From the IMG/VR virus record IMGVR_UViG_3300028797_000004: DNA of 64,000 nucleotides, one strand, 5' to 3'. Shown one piece after another: positions 39,693-50,413 of this stretch. How positions within the stretch are numbered: the first letter of the stretch is position 1; each line of letters starts with the position of its first letter. This DNA is from a virus. Taxonomy: Duplodnaviria > Caudoviricetes. Position numbers and translations under genes: made by a program. The notes below the pieces were generated by a model. It had not been told where the DNA came from, did no database searches, and saw nothing but the letters and a program-made list of their open reading frames with translations.

Positions 39693-40079
39693 ATGGCTTA
39701 TCTACGACAATTCAGACTATTTTCACACAATGATGCTCTCGCACATACTCGTGTTTTCAATATCAAAGACATACAAGAATACATGTGGCTACAGATCCCT
39801 GCAGTGCTCAGCCCATATATAGACCTCACTGGTGTGGTTAATATGCAAGTTGCAGACGGAGCTCTCCCTGATTTCACGGAGAAAATCACTCGTGAAGGAA
39901 GAAACTGCTGGCTAAAGATAGATTCCACATTGTTCAATACCGAAATAGGTCTGCACTTCTACAGGTTTGATTTTCTAAATCCTGTAACAGCTGAAGTCAT
40001 ACCTTTATACTTCGCATATTCACTACAGAATGATGATCCAGAGAAACCATACATCTATATGGACAGGAGTGAATCCTAA
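39693..40079 (+). CDS. hypothetical protein (late operon)
   Basis: AAGGAGG RBS. Confidence 0.75.
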   Translation: MAYLRQFRLFSHNDALAHTRVFNIKDIQEYMWLQIPAVLSPYIDLTGVVNMQVADGALPDFTEKITREGRNCWLKIDSTLFNTEIGLHFYRFDFLNPVTAEVIPLYFAYSLQNDDPEKPYIYMDRSES

Positions 40080-41131
40080 TGCACAGATCAGTTACAGCTG
40101 CATTAAAATACTATAACATGAACTCAAGCGGTAAGCGCGTAGGCGACTGCTACAAACGAGCTCTTGCCCTTGCTTTCAGAAAAGATTATGACCAAGTCAA
40201 GAACGAACTCAACAAGATGGTTCGTAATGGTGAAGCTTATCAAAATAATGCGTACACTACGCTTGATAAATATATCAGACGTAACGGCGGTGTAGGTCTT
40301 GTAGACGGCACATATGACGCTTCGTCTGTAGAAAAGTTCTGTGAGGAGCATCCTACTGGCACCTATCTGCTTTTCACAAATAAAGATCCTAAAGCGTTAT
40401 TCAGCAATCATGTAGTTGCAATCATAGATGGTGATGCATACGATAGCTGGAATTCTTATCAGTCAAAAATTCATAGTGCTTTCAGTATAGATGCAGCGCC
40501 GAGGCAGCTTCATTATGATGATGTAAAGGACATGACTCCTGTCGTTGCCGAAAACATATATCCTTTACTTGAAGATTATATCACAAAGATGAACATGAAA
40601 TATGTCACAGACGATAGCATCATTACTCAGTTTTCTCTTAAATCAATAGAGGCTAAATCTGCTGATACAATTTCTATTTGGCTAAAATGTTTCTTTGATG
40701 AGGCTCGTGTACCGCTTAATTCTAAGTATTACAGTCACGGGTGGCAAGGCTATGATATTACTTTAAAGCTTGATATCAATCAGAACGCAGATGAAAACAC
40801 CAAACGACTCTGGCCTAAACTTAAACAGAAGGTGTATGATTGGACATATAACATTGCTTCTGAGCTCAAGAATGCTGCTCGTCTTGACAGTCTTGGCCAT
40901 AGATACTATGGAGATAAAGAAATTTTCAAGGCAGTACCTGATGAGCTGATCCCATATGTATACTCTGCCGATAGACTTGGTAGCTATAGTGAATACAATT
41001 ATGAAGTTACACTCAAAGGCTTAGACCAATGGGGCGATGACGGTAGACTCATAGATTTCTACGCAGACACAATCAAAGAAATGCGTCAGAAACTTGTGCG
41101 CTATCTTGAAACAGGATATAGTGATTATTAA
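40079..41131 (+). CDS. protein with putative papain-like Cys-His-Asp domain
   Basis: GDCYKRALA...GTYLL...HVVAIIDG..YDSW. Confidence 0.5.
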   Translation: MHRSVTAALKYYNMNSSGKRVGDCYKRALALAFRKDYDQVKNELNKMVRNGEAYQNNAYTTLDKYIRRNGGVGLVDGTYDASSVEKFCEEHPTGTYLLFTNKDPKALFSNHVVAIIDGDAYDSWNSYQSKIHSAFSIDAAPRQLHYDDVKDMTPVVAENIYPLLEDYITKMNMKYVTDDSIITQFSLKSIEAKSADTISIWLKCFFDEARVPLNSKYYSHGWQGYDITLKLDINQNADENTKRLWPKLKQKVYDWTYNIASELKNAARLDSLGHRYYGDKEIFKAVPDELIPYVYSADRLGSYSEYNYEVTLKGLDQWGDDGRLIDFYADTIKEMRQKLVRYLETGYSDY

Positions 41132-41151
41132 TAGAAAGGGTGGTTGAAAAG

Positions 41152-41907
41152 ATGAGTTCAATATTCGCTTGTAAGATGTTCAAAGCTTGCAAACACCCTG
41201 AGCGAATTATCGCTGCAGTACAGAATCCAATCAATCAACAACTTGTAACTCAAATCAAACAGTATTTAGGTCCTGATGCACTTACATTACTTCAGGAAGC
41301 TGAAGCTAAGAAGCTTGCTGAAGCTGAAGCAAAGGCTCAAGCTGCTGCACCACAGGAAGGCGTTCCTGCTGGTCCTTCACATTCAAGTCCCAGTGCTGGT
41401 GGTTTCAGCGGGGGTGGAATGCCTTCTATGCTTGATGAACCGCTTGCAGAGAAGTATGAAGATGACTTTGAAGGTGAAGAGAATCCTGATGCAAACACAG
41501 CTGCTTTCTCAGAAGCAGTAGACGATGCACTTGGTGAACCAGATGAAGCACAAGCTTCTACAGATTCTGAAAAGCAGATGATCACTGGTGAAGAAACAGT
41601 TGACGATGCAGCAGGTGTAGAGCTTAGTGACGAGCTCAAGAAAGAAAATCTAGAAACTATTCCTAAGCGAGAGCTCAACAATGATGCAAGAACAGCTGGC
41701 GTAGACAGAGTTCAGCTCAAAGGTGATGAACTCTGGGTATACTACAATGACGATACAAACCTTAACAAGGTGATGTCAGATGCTGTAGACTTACTTGCAG
41801 CTAAAGGCTTCACAGAGCTCACATTCAACAGACTCGCTAGATCAAATAATGCGATTGTCTTCACTGTAGAAGGTGCACCATATGAAACTCAAGCTTCCGC
41901 TACCTGA
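41152..41907 (+). CDS. acidic low-complexity protein (possible head/scaffold component)
   Basis: Long Ala/Glu/Asp-rich linker; late-region context. Confidence 0.6.
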   Translation: MSSIFACKMFKACKHPERIIAAVQNPINQQLVTQIKQYLGPDALTLLQEAEAKKLAEAEAKAQAAAPQEGVPAGPSHSSPSAGGFSGGGMPSMLDEPLAEKYEDDFEGEENPDANTAAFSEAVDDALGEPDEAQASTDSEKQMITGEETVDDAAGVELSDELKKENLETIPKRELNNDARTAGVDRVQLKGDELWVYYNDDTNLNKVMSDAVDLLAAKGFTELTFNRLARSNNAIVFTVEGAPYETQASAT

Positions 41908-42205
41908 ACAGAATGATTTTCACTACTTACTTACAATCATGCAAGTTCTGCACAGCATGGACGAGTATGCGTGGTTACCAGAGCTGTTCACTATACTTGA
42001 AAGTGATGAAGCAGTAGCGAAATTGTGTCATGTAGCTGGTGGAGAGGTAATCAGAATACCTACACTTGATGAGTTACAGAACAGCATTACAGCTCTGCAA
42101 TGGTACTATGATGTGTACATCACACAGAAGAAAACAATCTTTCAAGTACCAAATGAGTACAAACCGCTTGTGTATAAGATACGTGATGAAATGTCTAAGG
42201 AGTGA
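41882..42205 (+). CDS. Mor-like regulator N-terminal-domain protein
   Basis: EL..IL...EAVAKLC...GGE.I.IP pattern. Confidence 0.5.
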   Translation: MKLKLPLPEQNDFHYLLTIMQVLHSMDEYAWLPELFTILESDEAVAKLCHVAGGEVIRIPTLDELQNSITALQWYYDVYITQKKTIFQVPNEYKPLVYKIRDEMSKE

Positions 42206-42399
42206 TTCATGTGTTAGATACAGTGAAACAACACATTCAACTGATTGAATCAACACCTAAGCAAGATATAATCATACATGGTATTCTGCGTCGCGCAGAT
42301 GAATCGCTTGAAAGAGAGCTATCGCAGCTAACAGCAGCTTCAGCTCTTGATATAGAAAACTTAGTAAATCAGCTAACAAAGGAGATGAGTGAAGCATGA
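42202..42399 (+). CDS. hypothetical protein
   Basis: Coupled overlaps at both ends. Confidence 0.6.
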   Translation: MIHVLDTVKQHIQLIESTPKQDIIIHGILRRADESLERELSQLTAASALDIENLVNQLTKEMSEA

Positions 42400-42704
42400 G
42401 TGAACTTATGAGTTTCAACGAATTACAGAATCGATATATTCAACTATATAAGCTACTTCGCAATTACATATGGGAATATGACATTGTAGAGCTCATCGCT
42501 GATCTTGAGGTGTTAACATTCACAGCTTTCGCAGATAAGGAAGAGCTCAAGAAAGCACTTGATGCGCTTGAAAGAGCAATACGCTTCACAGATGTGTGGA
42601 AGCAAGACGAGCAGCTGCAAGAACAGTTTGGTGCATTCAGAGATGCGCTTGATTGTGATACAGCAATTCCGCTCAAAACATTCCAAGGAGTGAACGCAGT
42701 ATGA
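42396..42704 (+). CDS. hypothetical protein
   Basis: ATGA-coupled. Confidence 0.7.
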   Translation: MSELMSFNELQNRYIQLYKLLRNYIWEYDIVELIADLEVLTFTAFADKEELKKALDALERAIRFTDVWKQDEQLQEQFGAFRDALDCDTAIPLKTFQGVNAV

Positions 42705-42892
42705 ATACAATGAGAATAAAGAAAAGACCAGTTACAGCTGCTACGCAAAAGACAGCTAACTACGATGAAGCAATTTCATATATACAGTCAGCAATTGAAG
42801 CTCTCGGCATGGAGTCAGGAAAAGACGAAGCTGCAAGAGACGCTATTGCTAATCTGAGTGTAATCTTACTTGATTTGAAAACTGCAAAATAA
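42701..42892 (+). CDS. small hypothetical protein
   Basis: ATGA-coupled, AAGGAG RBS. Confidence 0.65.
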   Translation: MNTMRIKKRPVTAATQKTANYDEAISYIQSAIEALGMESGKDEAARDAIANLSVILLDLKTAK

Positions 42893-42907
42893 GGAAGTGA
42901 CGTAGGT

Positions 42908-43441
42908 ATGGCCGCTGAAACCTTCAACGACTACACTGTAGTGAATCCGTTAGATACAAAACTCAAGAAGGACGTTGAACGCATGAGGACGTCCTTATTG
43001 GCGTGTACTGATGAAAATGGCATATCACCTAAAAGCGCAGTCCAGATGGTTACTGCGCTTCGTGTTGAACACCAGATGACTCGAATCGTCAGATATCTGG
43101 ACCTGATGGACAAAATAGAGGCTAAGCTATACGATGCAATTGAACAGCAGTTAGATCGGCTTGACCCAACACGTCTATCAACTATAGAGCTGCTTATGAA
43201 CTACCAGGAGCGTCTACAAGATGCAATGATACAAAGTCATAAGTTGCTGCAGCCTTATCTCAGTATTGACACATTCAGTGCTCTTGATTTAACAATCACA
43301 ACAGCATCAAATGCTACACAAGTAGCTACAACAGGTATAGAGATACTCCCTTCTGAGTCTCGTGATAGGCTTCGTACTTCTGCGAAAGCAATTATCATGG
43401 AGCTGCAGAAAGAGAAAGAAGAGGCAGAAAATGCTGTTTGA
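42908..43441 (+). CDS. possible terminase small subunit
   Basis: Helical 177-aa ORF overlapping the terL start (position only). Confidence 0.45.
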   Translation: MAAETFNDYTVVNPLDTKLKKDVERMRTSLLACTDENGISPKSAVQMVTALRVEHQMTRIVRYLDLMDKIEAKLYDAIEQQLDRLDPTRLSTIELLMNYQERLQDAMIQSHKLLQPYLSIDTFSALDLTITTASNATQVATTGIEILPSESRDRLRTSAKAIIMELQKEKEEAENAV

Positions 43442-45794
43442 CGATATACCTGAGAAGATCTACAAGATATATCATAGCTGTACACCTGATGAACAGAAAA
43501 TATTGATGCAGATCCTGAAAGAGCTCAGTGATTCTGATATGGGCTACTCTCCTACATATACTGATATCTGGCTTGCCGATTATAAGGAGATCCCAGTTGA
43601 CATCGACACATTCTTAAATGATGATTTGTATCTAGGTAGAACAAACCGCAACGGAGCAGCTGTATATCCTTTCTGGCGAAACGAATTACACACCGTATTT
43701 GATGCAGGCAATAAATTCTATGAGTGGATACTTACTGGTGCTACTCGTATCGGCAAGACGTCTACGTTCAACTCAGGTATGGCATATATGCTATATAAGC
43801 TGATGTGTCTGCGTAATCCGCAAGCGTTTTTTGGTAAAAAAGATGTTACACAATTCAGTGTATTATTCTTTAATCTAACTGAAGAATTAGCTAGGGGCGT
43901 AGCGTTTCGAGAATTTAACGACACGATAGCAGCAAGCCCTTGGTTCTTACAAAATGGACGAATGTCCAGCTCTAAAGAAAACTCATATTACATTCCTGAT
44001 GGCGGTAAAGTATCTATCGACTTCGGTAGTTCTTATGCACATGGTCTTGGTAAACATGTTTACTGCTTAATTGCTGAAACATCTGTACTCACCAAAGATG
44101 GATACAAAACATTAGGTGAGCTCGCTAAGAAGAAAACAGCAGTAGAGATTGCACAGTATGACCCTGCAGGAAGAGTTGAGTTTTCAAAAGCTAAGGTGCA
44201 ATGCACAAAGCTTACGCACATTACAGTAAAGCTCACGCTTGAGGATGGATCTTGCATTGAGGGATCAAAAGATCATCTGATGCTTACATCGCTCAACAAG
44301 TATAAGTCACTTAGCGATTTCGCAGTAGGTGAAGCGCTTCTATGCTATCAAAGCAAACCTGTGAAGGTCACCGCTACTAAAGTAGTATTGCATACACGTG
44401 AGCCAGTACAGCTGTATGATGTAATTGACATCAAGCCTCACCATAATTTCATTATAAAGGACAAATCACACTTCATATCTCATAACTGCTGCGCTATGGA
44501 CGAGATCAACTTCTCACAAGCTGGTATTCGTGATGTAACTAAAGCGAAAACTCGTATGCGAGAAGTATACAACGTATTGTCAACTCGTGTGAAAGGTACA
44601 TTTAAGCACGGCGGTGAAGTCTTCGGTAAGATTTTCGCAGCATCGTCTAAGCGTAGTGATAGTGACTTCATGGAAGATTATATCGCTGAGCAGATGGCTG
44701 CTGGTGCTGCTGAGCACATGCACGTATCTGGTGCACCACAATGGGAAGTACTACCACCTGGCACATTCTCAGAGAAGAAATTCTACATTGCTGTAGGTGA
44801 CCGGCATCACAAAGGCTTTGTAGTGCCTGATAACCAAACAAGTGAAGAAGATCTCAATGCTCTAAAGCAGCAAGGTTATGCATTGATGACACCTCCTATC
44901 GACATGAGGTCGGACTTCGTAGCTGATTTCAACGTAGCGTTGCGAGACCTAGCGGGTGTAGCTGTTCCAGGTTCTATGTCATTTATCACACAAGAACTGA
45001 TCACCGCATGCATCACAAAGAAGCGTAGAAATCCATTCCATCAAGATATTCTTGAAATCGGTGTACACGATTCTTACTCTATTGAAGAATTCTTCCACAT
45101 AGAAGACATCACACCAGAAATTAAAGCTGCAGGGTTGTATATACATCTTGACCTTGCGCTGAATACAGACCGTGCTGGTATATCTGGTGCGGGCATCATA
45201 GGTAGAAAAGACGTAGAAGTCACTGTACCAGGACAGGAGTCTAAAACAATGTCATTGCCTGTAGTAGGTCATGGCTTCTCAATTGCAATACAAGCACCTC
45301 GCGGTGATAAGATCCCATATGATAAGATACTCAAGTTCATCTTATGGCTGAGAAAAATAGGCTTACACATACATGTAGTTAGTCGAGACCAGTTCCAGAG
45401 TGAATACATGGGTCAGCTACTTGATACTAATGGTTTCAAAGAGGAGAAGATCTCGCTTGATAGAACACCAGATGGTTATGAATGCTTGAGGTCGCTGTTT
45501 GCTGAGCAACGTGTAGAGATGCTTGATGTACAGTTACTCCAAGACGAACTCATTCACTTACAACAAGACGCTATCTCACGTCGTGTGGACCACCCAACTG
45601 GGTCAGGAAAGGATGTTGCTGACTCCTTTGCAGGTGCAGTATGGCAAGCTATAAAGTACAACGAAGGTATACTTGTGCCGAAAACAAAGATAGCATCAGC
45701 TATCAGAAATGTAAATGCGACAAACAGAAGCGCATCAAAACCAACACCAAGATTTCCTGGTCTTCCAGGTATGGGCAAATTCAAAATATATTAA
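43431..45794 (+). CDS. terL: terminase large subunit (with mini-intein)
   Basis: Walker A GATRIGKT, Walker B CAMDE, nuclease HLDLA..D and KDVADS. Confidence 0.9.
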   Translation: MLFDDIPEKIYKIYHSCTPDEQKILMQILKELSDSDMGYSPTYTDIWLADYKEIPVDIDTFLNDDLYLGRTNRNGAAVYPFWRNELHTVFDAGNKFYEWILTGATRIGKTSTFNSGMAYMLYKLMCLRNPQAFFGKKDVTQFSVLFFNLTEELARGVAFREFNDTIAASPWFLQNGRMSSSKENSYYIPDGGKVSIDFGSSYAHGLGKHVYCLIAETSVLTKDGYKTLGELAKKKTAVEIAQYDPAGRVEFSKAKVQCTKLTHITVKLTLEDGSCIEGSKDHLMLTSLNKYKSLSDFAVGEALLCYQSKPVKVTATKVVLHTREPVQLYDVIDIKPHHNFIIKDKSHFISHNCCAMDEINFSQAGIRDVTKAKTRMREVYNVLSTRVKGTFKHGGEVFGKIFAASSKRSDSDFMEDYIAEQMAAGAAEHMHVSGAPQWEVLPPGTFSEKKFYIAVGDRHHKGFVVPDNQTSEEDLNALKQQGYALMTPPIDMRSDFVADFNVALRDLAGVAVPGSMSFITQELITACITKKRRNPFHQDILEIGVHDSYSIEEFFHIEDITPEIKAAGLYIHLDLALNTDRAGISGAGIIGRKDVEVTVPGQESKTMSLPVVGHGFSIAIQAPRGDKIPYDKILKFILWLRKIGLHIHVVSRDQFQSEYMGQLLDTNGFKEEKISLDRTPDGYECLRSLFAEQRVEMLDVQLLQDELIHLQQDAISRRVDHPTGSGKDVADSFAGAVWQAIKYNEGILVPKTKIASAIRNVNATNRSASKPTPRFPGLPGMGKFKIY
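44064..44486 (+). mobile_element. 141-aa mini-intein in TerL
   Basis: CLIAETSVLTKDG start; SKDH block B; LYDV...HHNF...ISHN|C end; no endonuclease domain. Confidence 0.92.
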
Positions 45795-45805
45795 GGAGGT
45801 AGGAC

Positions 45806-47398
45806 ATGGAAAACCGTTTCAGTCCAATCAAAGCACCTCATTGCTGTACATCATTGCAGCCAGGTGCAACAGTAACACTTGTACCTTATGGTGTACTGAT
45901 AACAATACAGTACAGCTCAGAAGGTAACATCGAAAAAATCTACACAGGGGTGTACCCTTCGGGACAAGATGTAACGCCTAAGCTGATGAACAAATTTATT
46001 GACAATGCTGTAGCGCCAACGAAAATTAATATTACAGGCGGTACCACATGGGTTGTAGGTGTTATAGTACCACAAGGTATAATCTTTCAAGAAGGTACCG
46101 TCTCGACAGACATCGTAAATGATATGGTGGACGCTGATCCATCTACTTATCAATTTTATGCTGCATACATTGAGAGTAACGCAATAGCGTTCCACAATAT
46201 ACAATCAATCAATCATGTGTTGAGTACATACGGATTCAAGACATTACCTATGTGGGTAGTTCCTTTCGCAGGTGTATCTCAAGCAATCATGGATTCTTGG
46301 TTCAGTGCTGACACATGGATTTTCTCTACAAAGGTAGTTATGAACTATGTTTCATGGATGAACGGAGAGAAGTCTTGGTATACAACAGATCTGCATCAGT
46401 TAGAGGTTGATAGAGTTCAAGTTGATACAGATGCTGCAACTGGTATTGTTCATGCTACGCTGTATAATACTTCCGGTGAGCACATAGCTGTATCTATGTA
46501 TGATATATACAAGTATCAGATCCAGAAAGGCGCTATGGTGCTGCTTGATGCAATAGGTACAGTATTGCTTTCAGTCCCAACAGGTAAACACAAACAATCA
46601 CATGTGTCTAACACTATCACTTGTGCATACTGTGGTAAACAGTATAAGGTACAACCTGGTATTGAAACTATCTGTCCTGACACACACTGCACATCTAGAT
46701 TAGTTGAACGTATTAAGTTAATGCTTAATATGTTTAATTTACCTATCAATTATTCTGATGATGAGTGGTCCGAGAAGATAGCATCAAAACATCTCATGTG
46801 TTTAACAGATGTGTTCACGCTTCCTGTATTTGAGCACATGGAGATTACAACAACTCTTGCAAACATTCTCAGAGCTTTGATTCCAATATCTCTTATCAGG
46901 AGTAATGATGTGTTTGAAGAATTTGCAAATAGATGCAACAATAACGTAACCACATTTCAGTATTATGTCACAAACTTCGACAGAGCTGAGTTTGATCTCA
47001 ATTTTCATCACACTGATGCCCCTAAGCTGGGCTGCTGGCTGAGTGAGCCTGCTAATGCTTCTGATGTAGCTGCTGTGCTGATGCTACCTAACCTTACAGT
47101 AACCGGTACAGGTAGAAGCTACAATGGTGCACCAATCTTCAGAAATAAACGGTTCTTCATCACTGGCGGATTCAAACGTGGTGCAATCAATGAAATAGCT
47201 GATTTCCTTCGCAGTTATTCCGCAGAGGTGTACACAGAATGGAATGACAAGATCAATGCTGTAGTTGTGGGCTCAACGCGCACAAACATAGACGGCCAAG
47301 CTATCTATAAAGCTCGCATGAAAGAGATTGACATATTTGACGAAGATGAATTTTTCACATGGTGCGATCTAGATTCGGACCTTGCGAACCTACAATAA
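45806..47398 (+). CDS. degenerate NAD-dependent DNA ligase-like protein (OB, Zn finger, BRCT; KxDG absent)
   Basis: GQDVT, CAYCG...C...C zinc finger, C-terminal BRCT (FRNKRFFITG...VVVG...KAR...I.I.DEDEF). Confidence 0.65.
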   Translation: MENRFSPIKAPHCCTSLQPGATVTLVPYGVLITIQYSSEGNIEKIYTGVYPSGQDVTPKLMNKFIDNAVAPTKINITGGTTWVVGVIVPQGIIFQEGTVSTDIVNDMVDADPSTYQFYAAYIESNAIAFHNIQSINHVLSTYGFKTLPMWVVPFAGVSQAIMDSWFSADTWIFSTKVVMNYVSWMNGEKSWYTTDLHQLEVDRVQVDTDAATGIVHATLYNTSGEHIAVSMYDIYKYQIQKGAMVLLDAIGTVLLSVPTGKHKQSHVSNTITCAYCGKQYKVQPGIETICPDTHCTSRLVERIKLMLNMFNLPINYSDDEWSEKIASKHLMCLTDVFTLPVFEHMEITTTLANILRALIPISLIRSNDVFEEFANRCNNNVTTFQYYVTNFDRAEFDLNFHHTDAPKLGCWLSEPANASDVAAVLMLPNLTVTGTGRSYNGAPIFRNKRFFITGGFKRGAINEIADFLRSYSAEVYTEWNDKINAVVVGSTRTNIDGQAIYKARMKEIDIFDEDEFFTWCDLDSDLANLQ

Positions 47399-47413
47399 CA
47401 ATGAGGTGATAAC

Positions 47414-48919
47414 ATGGCTTCATTCTCCTTATTACGTAGACTTCGTAAGAAGTGGAAGCGCCAAGATCGAGACGAACGTAGACCATCTTTCTTACGAAGA
47501 TTAGTTTCAGGTACATTCTTCAGACCGTCAGACCTGAAACAAAGTAGTGATTTAGCTACAATTCGGTCAAAAATAGATATGATGCGAGCTCTTGCGAAAG
47601 ACTCGCAGATAGCTACAGCAATATCTTATTATGCTACAGATGCTACACAAGTGAATAGCGCGGGACAGATTATCTGGGCTACTTCTGAGAAAGAAGAGAT
47701 CGCAAATGTAATCAATGATTTGTTCAAGCGACTAAAAGTGAACAGATACGTTCGTGACCACATAGTTGAGCTTACAACTATTGGTAATGCGTATATGCCT
47801 ACTACACTCATGTACAAGACTTTGTCCAAGGACAGAATCGCAAATGGTGTAGCTCTTGATAACAATACAATTATTGATGACAAATTCGATTTAGTTCCAG
47901 CTTACATGATTCCTCCAGAGGATATTGTACACCTTTGGTCTGAGGGCCAGCCTCAGGGCTATGGGTACAAGCCTGAGGAAGATGAATCAATCGAGTTCGT
48001 TCGCTTCCCTGAAGATGCTGTAATCCATTTTTCATTGGGTGGATGTTTAGGTAAGTACTCCCTTTCAACTCGTGACCCTAAGACTGGTGACGAAGTAGAC
48101 TGGGACATACAGTTTGCCGATCCATTACTTGAAGCAGCTGTAACTCCTACACAGACTCTTAACTTACTTGAAGATGCGTTGCTACTTTCCTCTTTCGTTC
48201 GCGTAGTCAAATTTATCAATGTTGACTGTCGTGAGGCAGAGGAAGAAGAAATTCAGAATACTCTTCAGCAGGTTAAGGATGCTGTTGAGCAGCAGCTTTC
48301 AATTGATACCAATACAGGCAGAGCTGAAAGCTATCTGAATCCGCAAGCACCTAATAACTTCATCTATGTCCCTAAGGTAGATGCAACAGATCCAATTTCT
48401 GTTACAGACCTTAACATGACTGAAGCAAACGATGCTGAGAACAAGATGTTAGATCACTTTGAGACCAAGAAGCTTTCAGTACTTGGTATTCCAAAGGAAG
48501 CATTGAACTATTCGTCTAATGAGGGTCTTGGCGGTGCAGGCTCTGTAATGTCCCAAAGATCTGCACTATACGCTAATTCACTTCAACGAATTGAGCAAGC
48601 TTATCTTGATGGCTGGACAGAAGGCCTCAATGCTTATTTCAGAAATCGTAACATGGGTGGATTTGTTGATAAGTTTGAGCTTCATATGCAGCCTATCATT
48701 ACACTACAATCTACTGTACAGTTTGATAAGCGCGATGCTGCGCTCAATCAGGCAATTCAGTATGCACAGCTCTTAAGAGATAACGGCGTAACTGATCCGC
48801 AGACATACCAAGAAGGTTTTGTAGAGATCCTTAGCGAGACCTTCCCGAAGATCGGAACAGCTGCTGCATCTTGGAGCGTTAACATAGTAACCGACGGAGG
48901 TGGCGGTGATGAATACTAA
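47414..48919 (+). CDS. portal protein (T4 gp20-like)
   Basis: M..D.QIATAI..YA.DAT, L...G.AY, LNLLEDALLL, LSVLGIP; position after terL. Confidence 0.75.
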   Translation: MASFSLLRRLRKKWKRQDRDERRPSFLRRLVSGTFFRPSDLKQSSDLATIRSKIDMMRALAKDSQIATAISYYATDATQVNSAGQIIWATSEKEEIANVINDLFKRLKVNRYVRDHIVELTTIGNAYMPTTLMYKTLSKDRIANGVALDNNTIIDDKFDLVPAYMIPPEDIVHLWSEGQPQGYGYKPEEDESIEFVRFPEDAVIHFSLGGCLGKYSLSTRDPKTGDEVDWDIQFADPLLEAAVTPTQTLNLLEDALLLSSFVRVVKFINVDCREAEEEEIQNTLQQVKDAVEQQLSIDTNTGRAESYLNPQAPNNFIYVPKVDATDPISVTDLNMTEANDAENKMLDHFETKKLSVLGIPKEALNYSSNEGLGGAGSVMSQRSALYANSLQRIEQAYLDGWTEGLNAYFRNRNMGGFVDKFELHMQPIITLQSTVQFDKRDAALNQAIQYAQLLRDNGVTDPQTYQEGFVEILSETFPKIGTAAASWSVNIVTDGGGGDEY

Positions 48920-49265
48920 TGATGTGAAACTTTCACACGTATTCTTCTCAGAGCTAAAACAATTCAATGGTACAAATTTCAAAACACTGAAGGAAGCAAG
49001 TTTAGATAGTGTTTCAGATGTTCCACCTGAGCAGCTGAAAGCATTCAGTTCTGTCACAACAAGGTATTTTATCTTCTGCGAGAAGCACCCTGAGATACCT
49101 GCTGATCGACTTAAGATGCTCTACTATCAGCTTAAGATAGATATGATAGCAAGATTCTTTTCATCGTATCCTGCTATCAATACATCAGACTTGATTGCTT
49201 TTCAACGAGAGCTTCAGTGTTTCCTGGAGGAGGGGAACATAGATGCCGAACGAACTGCGGTATAG
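48909..49265 (+). CDS. hypothetical structural-region protein
   Basis: Overlaps the portal stop. Confidence 0.65.
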   Translation: MNTNDVKLSHVFFSELKQFNGTNFKTLKEASLDSVSDVPPEQLKAFSSVTTRYFIFCEKHPEIPADRLKMLYYQLKIDMIARFFSSYPAINTSDLIAFQRELQCFLEEGNIDAERTAV

Positions 49266-49857
49266 TATAACAGACTGGCACCAGGCTCCTGCTGCTAAGT
49301 CCAATAACAGTGATGAACTACATATACATGTAACAGATCTGATTACTACAGAAATTTCAGGTCTGTGCATCAGCGTAGAGCATGATGAATTAGGTACACT
49401 ATTTGCAACACTTGTAAATGCTTCTGGTACAGATCTAACGCCCGACGAGTCTGAACTTGTGTTTGAGCTGCCGCTAGAAACAATCATACATATTCTGTAT
49501 ACATTTGGTTTCATCATTGAGTTTGACGAAAAGTTGCATCTACCTACTTCTCAGATTGAGTTTCTTAGATCACTTCAAGGCCTTAACTTCGATAAGCTTC
49601 GCGTGCTGAATGTTAGAAAGCAAGCTGGCACAGAGATTACAACAGCTGACTGGTATGTAGTAGCATTCAATGCGCAGAAGAACCCAAATTGGCTTATGAA
49701 TATGTATGTAGCTTCGTGGAAAGAATTTCAAGATGCTACTTCGTCAGGATCTGCTATTAATCTTTCAGATGCAACCAATCGTGACATACATCGATGGTCT
49801 TGGAATTGGCTCAATTTCGTGGCTAACATATCTGATATACTTGATAATCAACAGTGA
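49243..49857 (+). CDS. hypothetical structural-region protein
   Basis: GGAGG RBS. Confidence 0.7.
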   Translation: MPNELRYSITDWHQAPAAKSNNSDELHIHVTDLITTEISGLCISVEHDELGTLFATLVNASGTDLTPDESELVFELPLETIIHILYTFGFIIEFDEKLHLPTSQIEFLRSLQGLNFDKLRVLNVRKQAGTEITTADWYVVAFNAQKNPNWLMNMYVASWKEFQDATSSGSAINLSDATNRDIHRWSWNWLNFVANISDILDNQQ

Positions 49858-49868
49858 GGTGATATGTC

Positions 49869-50408
49869 GTGAACTTGATAGGTAAAGACATAGAACTTAG
49901 ACGTAAGCAGTATGACGAAGCACTTGAAAAGCTTGGTGTACCTTGCAAGTATCAATACCCAAATATGCCTGACTCTAATGTGCACGGCGAAGCAGTAGTA
50001 GATAGCTATTCTGATATGATCGGCACATATGTGTTCTTCGATGGTTCGCCCAAGGTCAAGACGTATCGTAGATATGGTTGGGTAGTAGAGAACGACGAGA
50101 ACTTACCTTTTCTTGTGCATTGCAGTTTTCACTTGCCGTTCTTGCAGAAAGATTCGCTGTTCTACATACACGGACAATACACAGGTATGAAAGATAGAGT
50201 ATTCAGAGTAACAGAGCTTACTTGCTCAATGCAAGCGCCAGACCACATGATTGCTCAAGTAGTTCCTGTATGTGAAAAGCAAACAGTAGGTCGCACAGAG
50301 GCTGAAGTAGCTAAGACGTTTACCACATCAAATCATTTTATCAAAGACAAGACAGACTATCGCGGTCACTATTATGATACAGATTCTTATGAAAAGAAGA
50401 AAGGGTGA
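49869..50408 (+). CDS. putative neck / head-closure protein
   Basis: Size, position and E.L...G....Y.YP...GW pattern. Confidence 0.5.
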   Translation: MNLIGKDIELRRKQYDEALEKLGVPCKYQYPNMPDSNVHGEAVVDSYSDMIGTYVFFDGSPKVKTYRRYGWVVENDENLPFLVHCSFHLPFLQKDSLFYIHGQYTGMKDRVFRVTELTCSMQAPDHMIAQVVPVCEKQTVGRTEAEVAKTFTTSNHFIKDKTDYRGHYYDTDSYEKKKG

Positions 50409-50413
50409 GGTAG

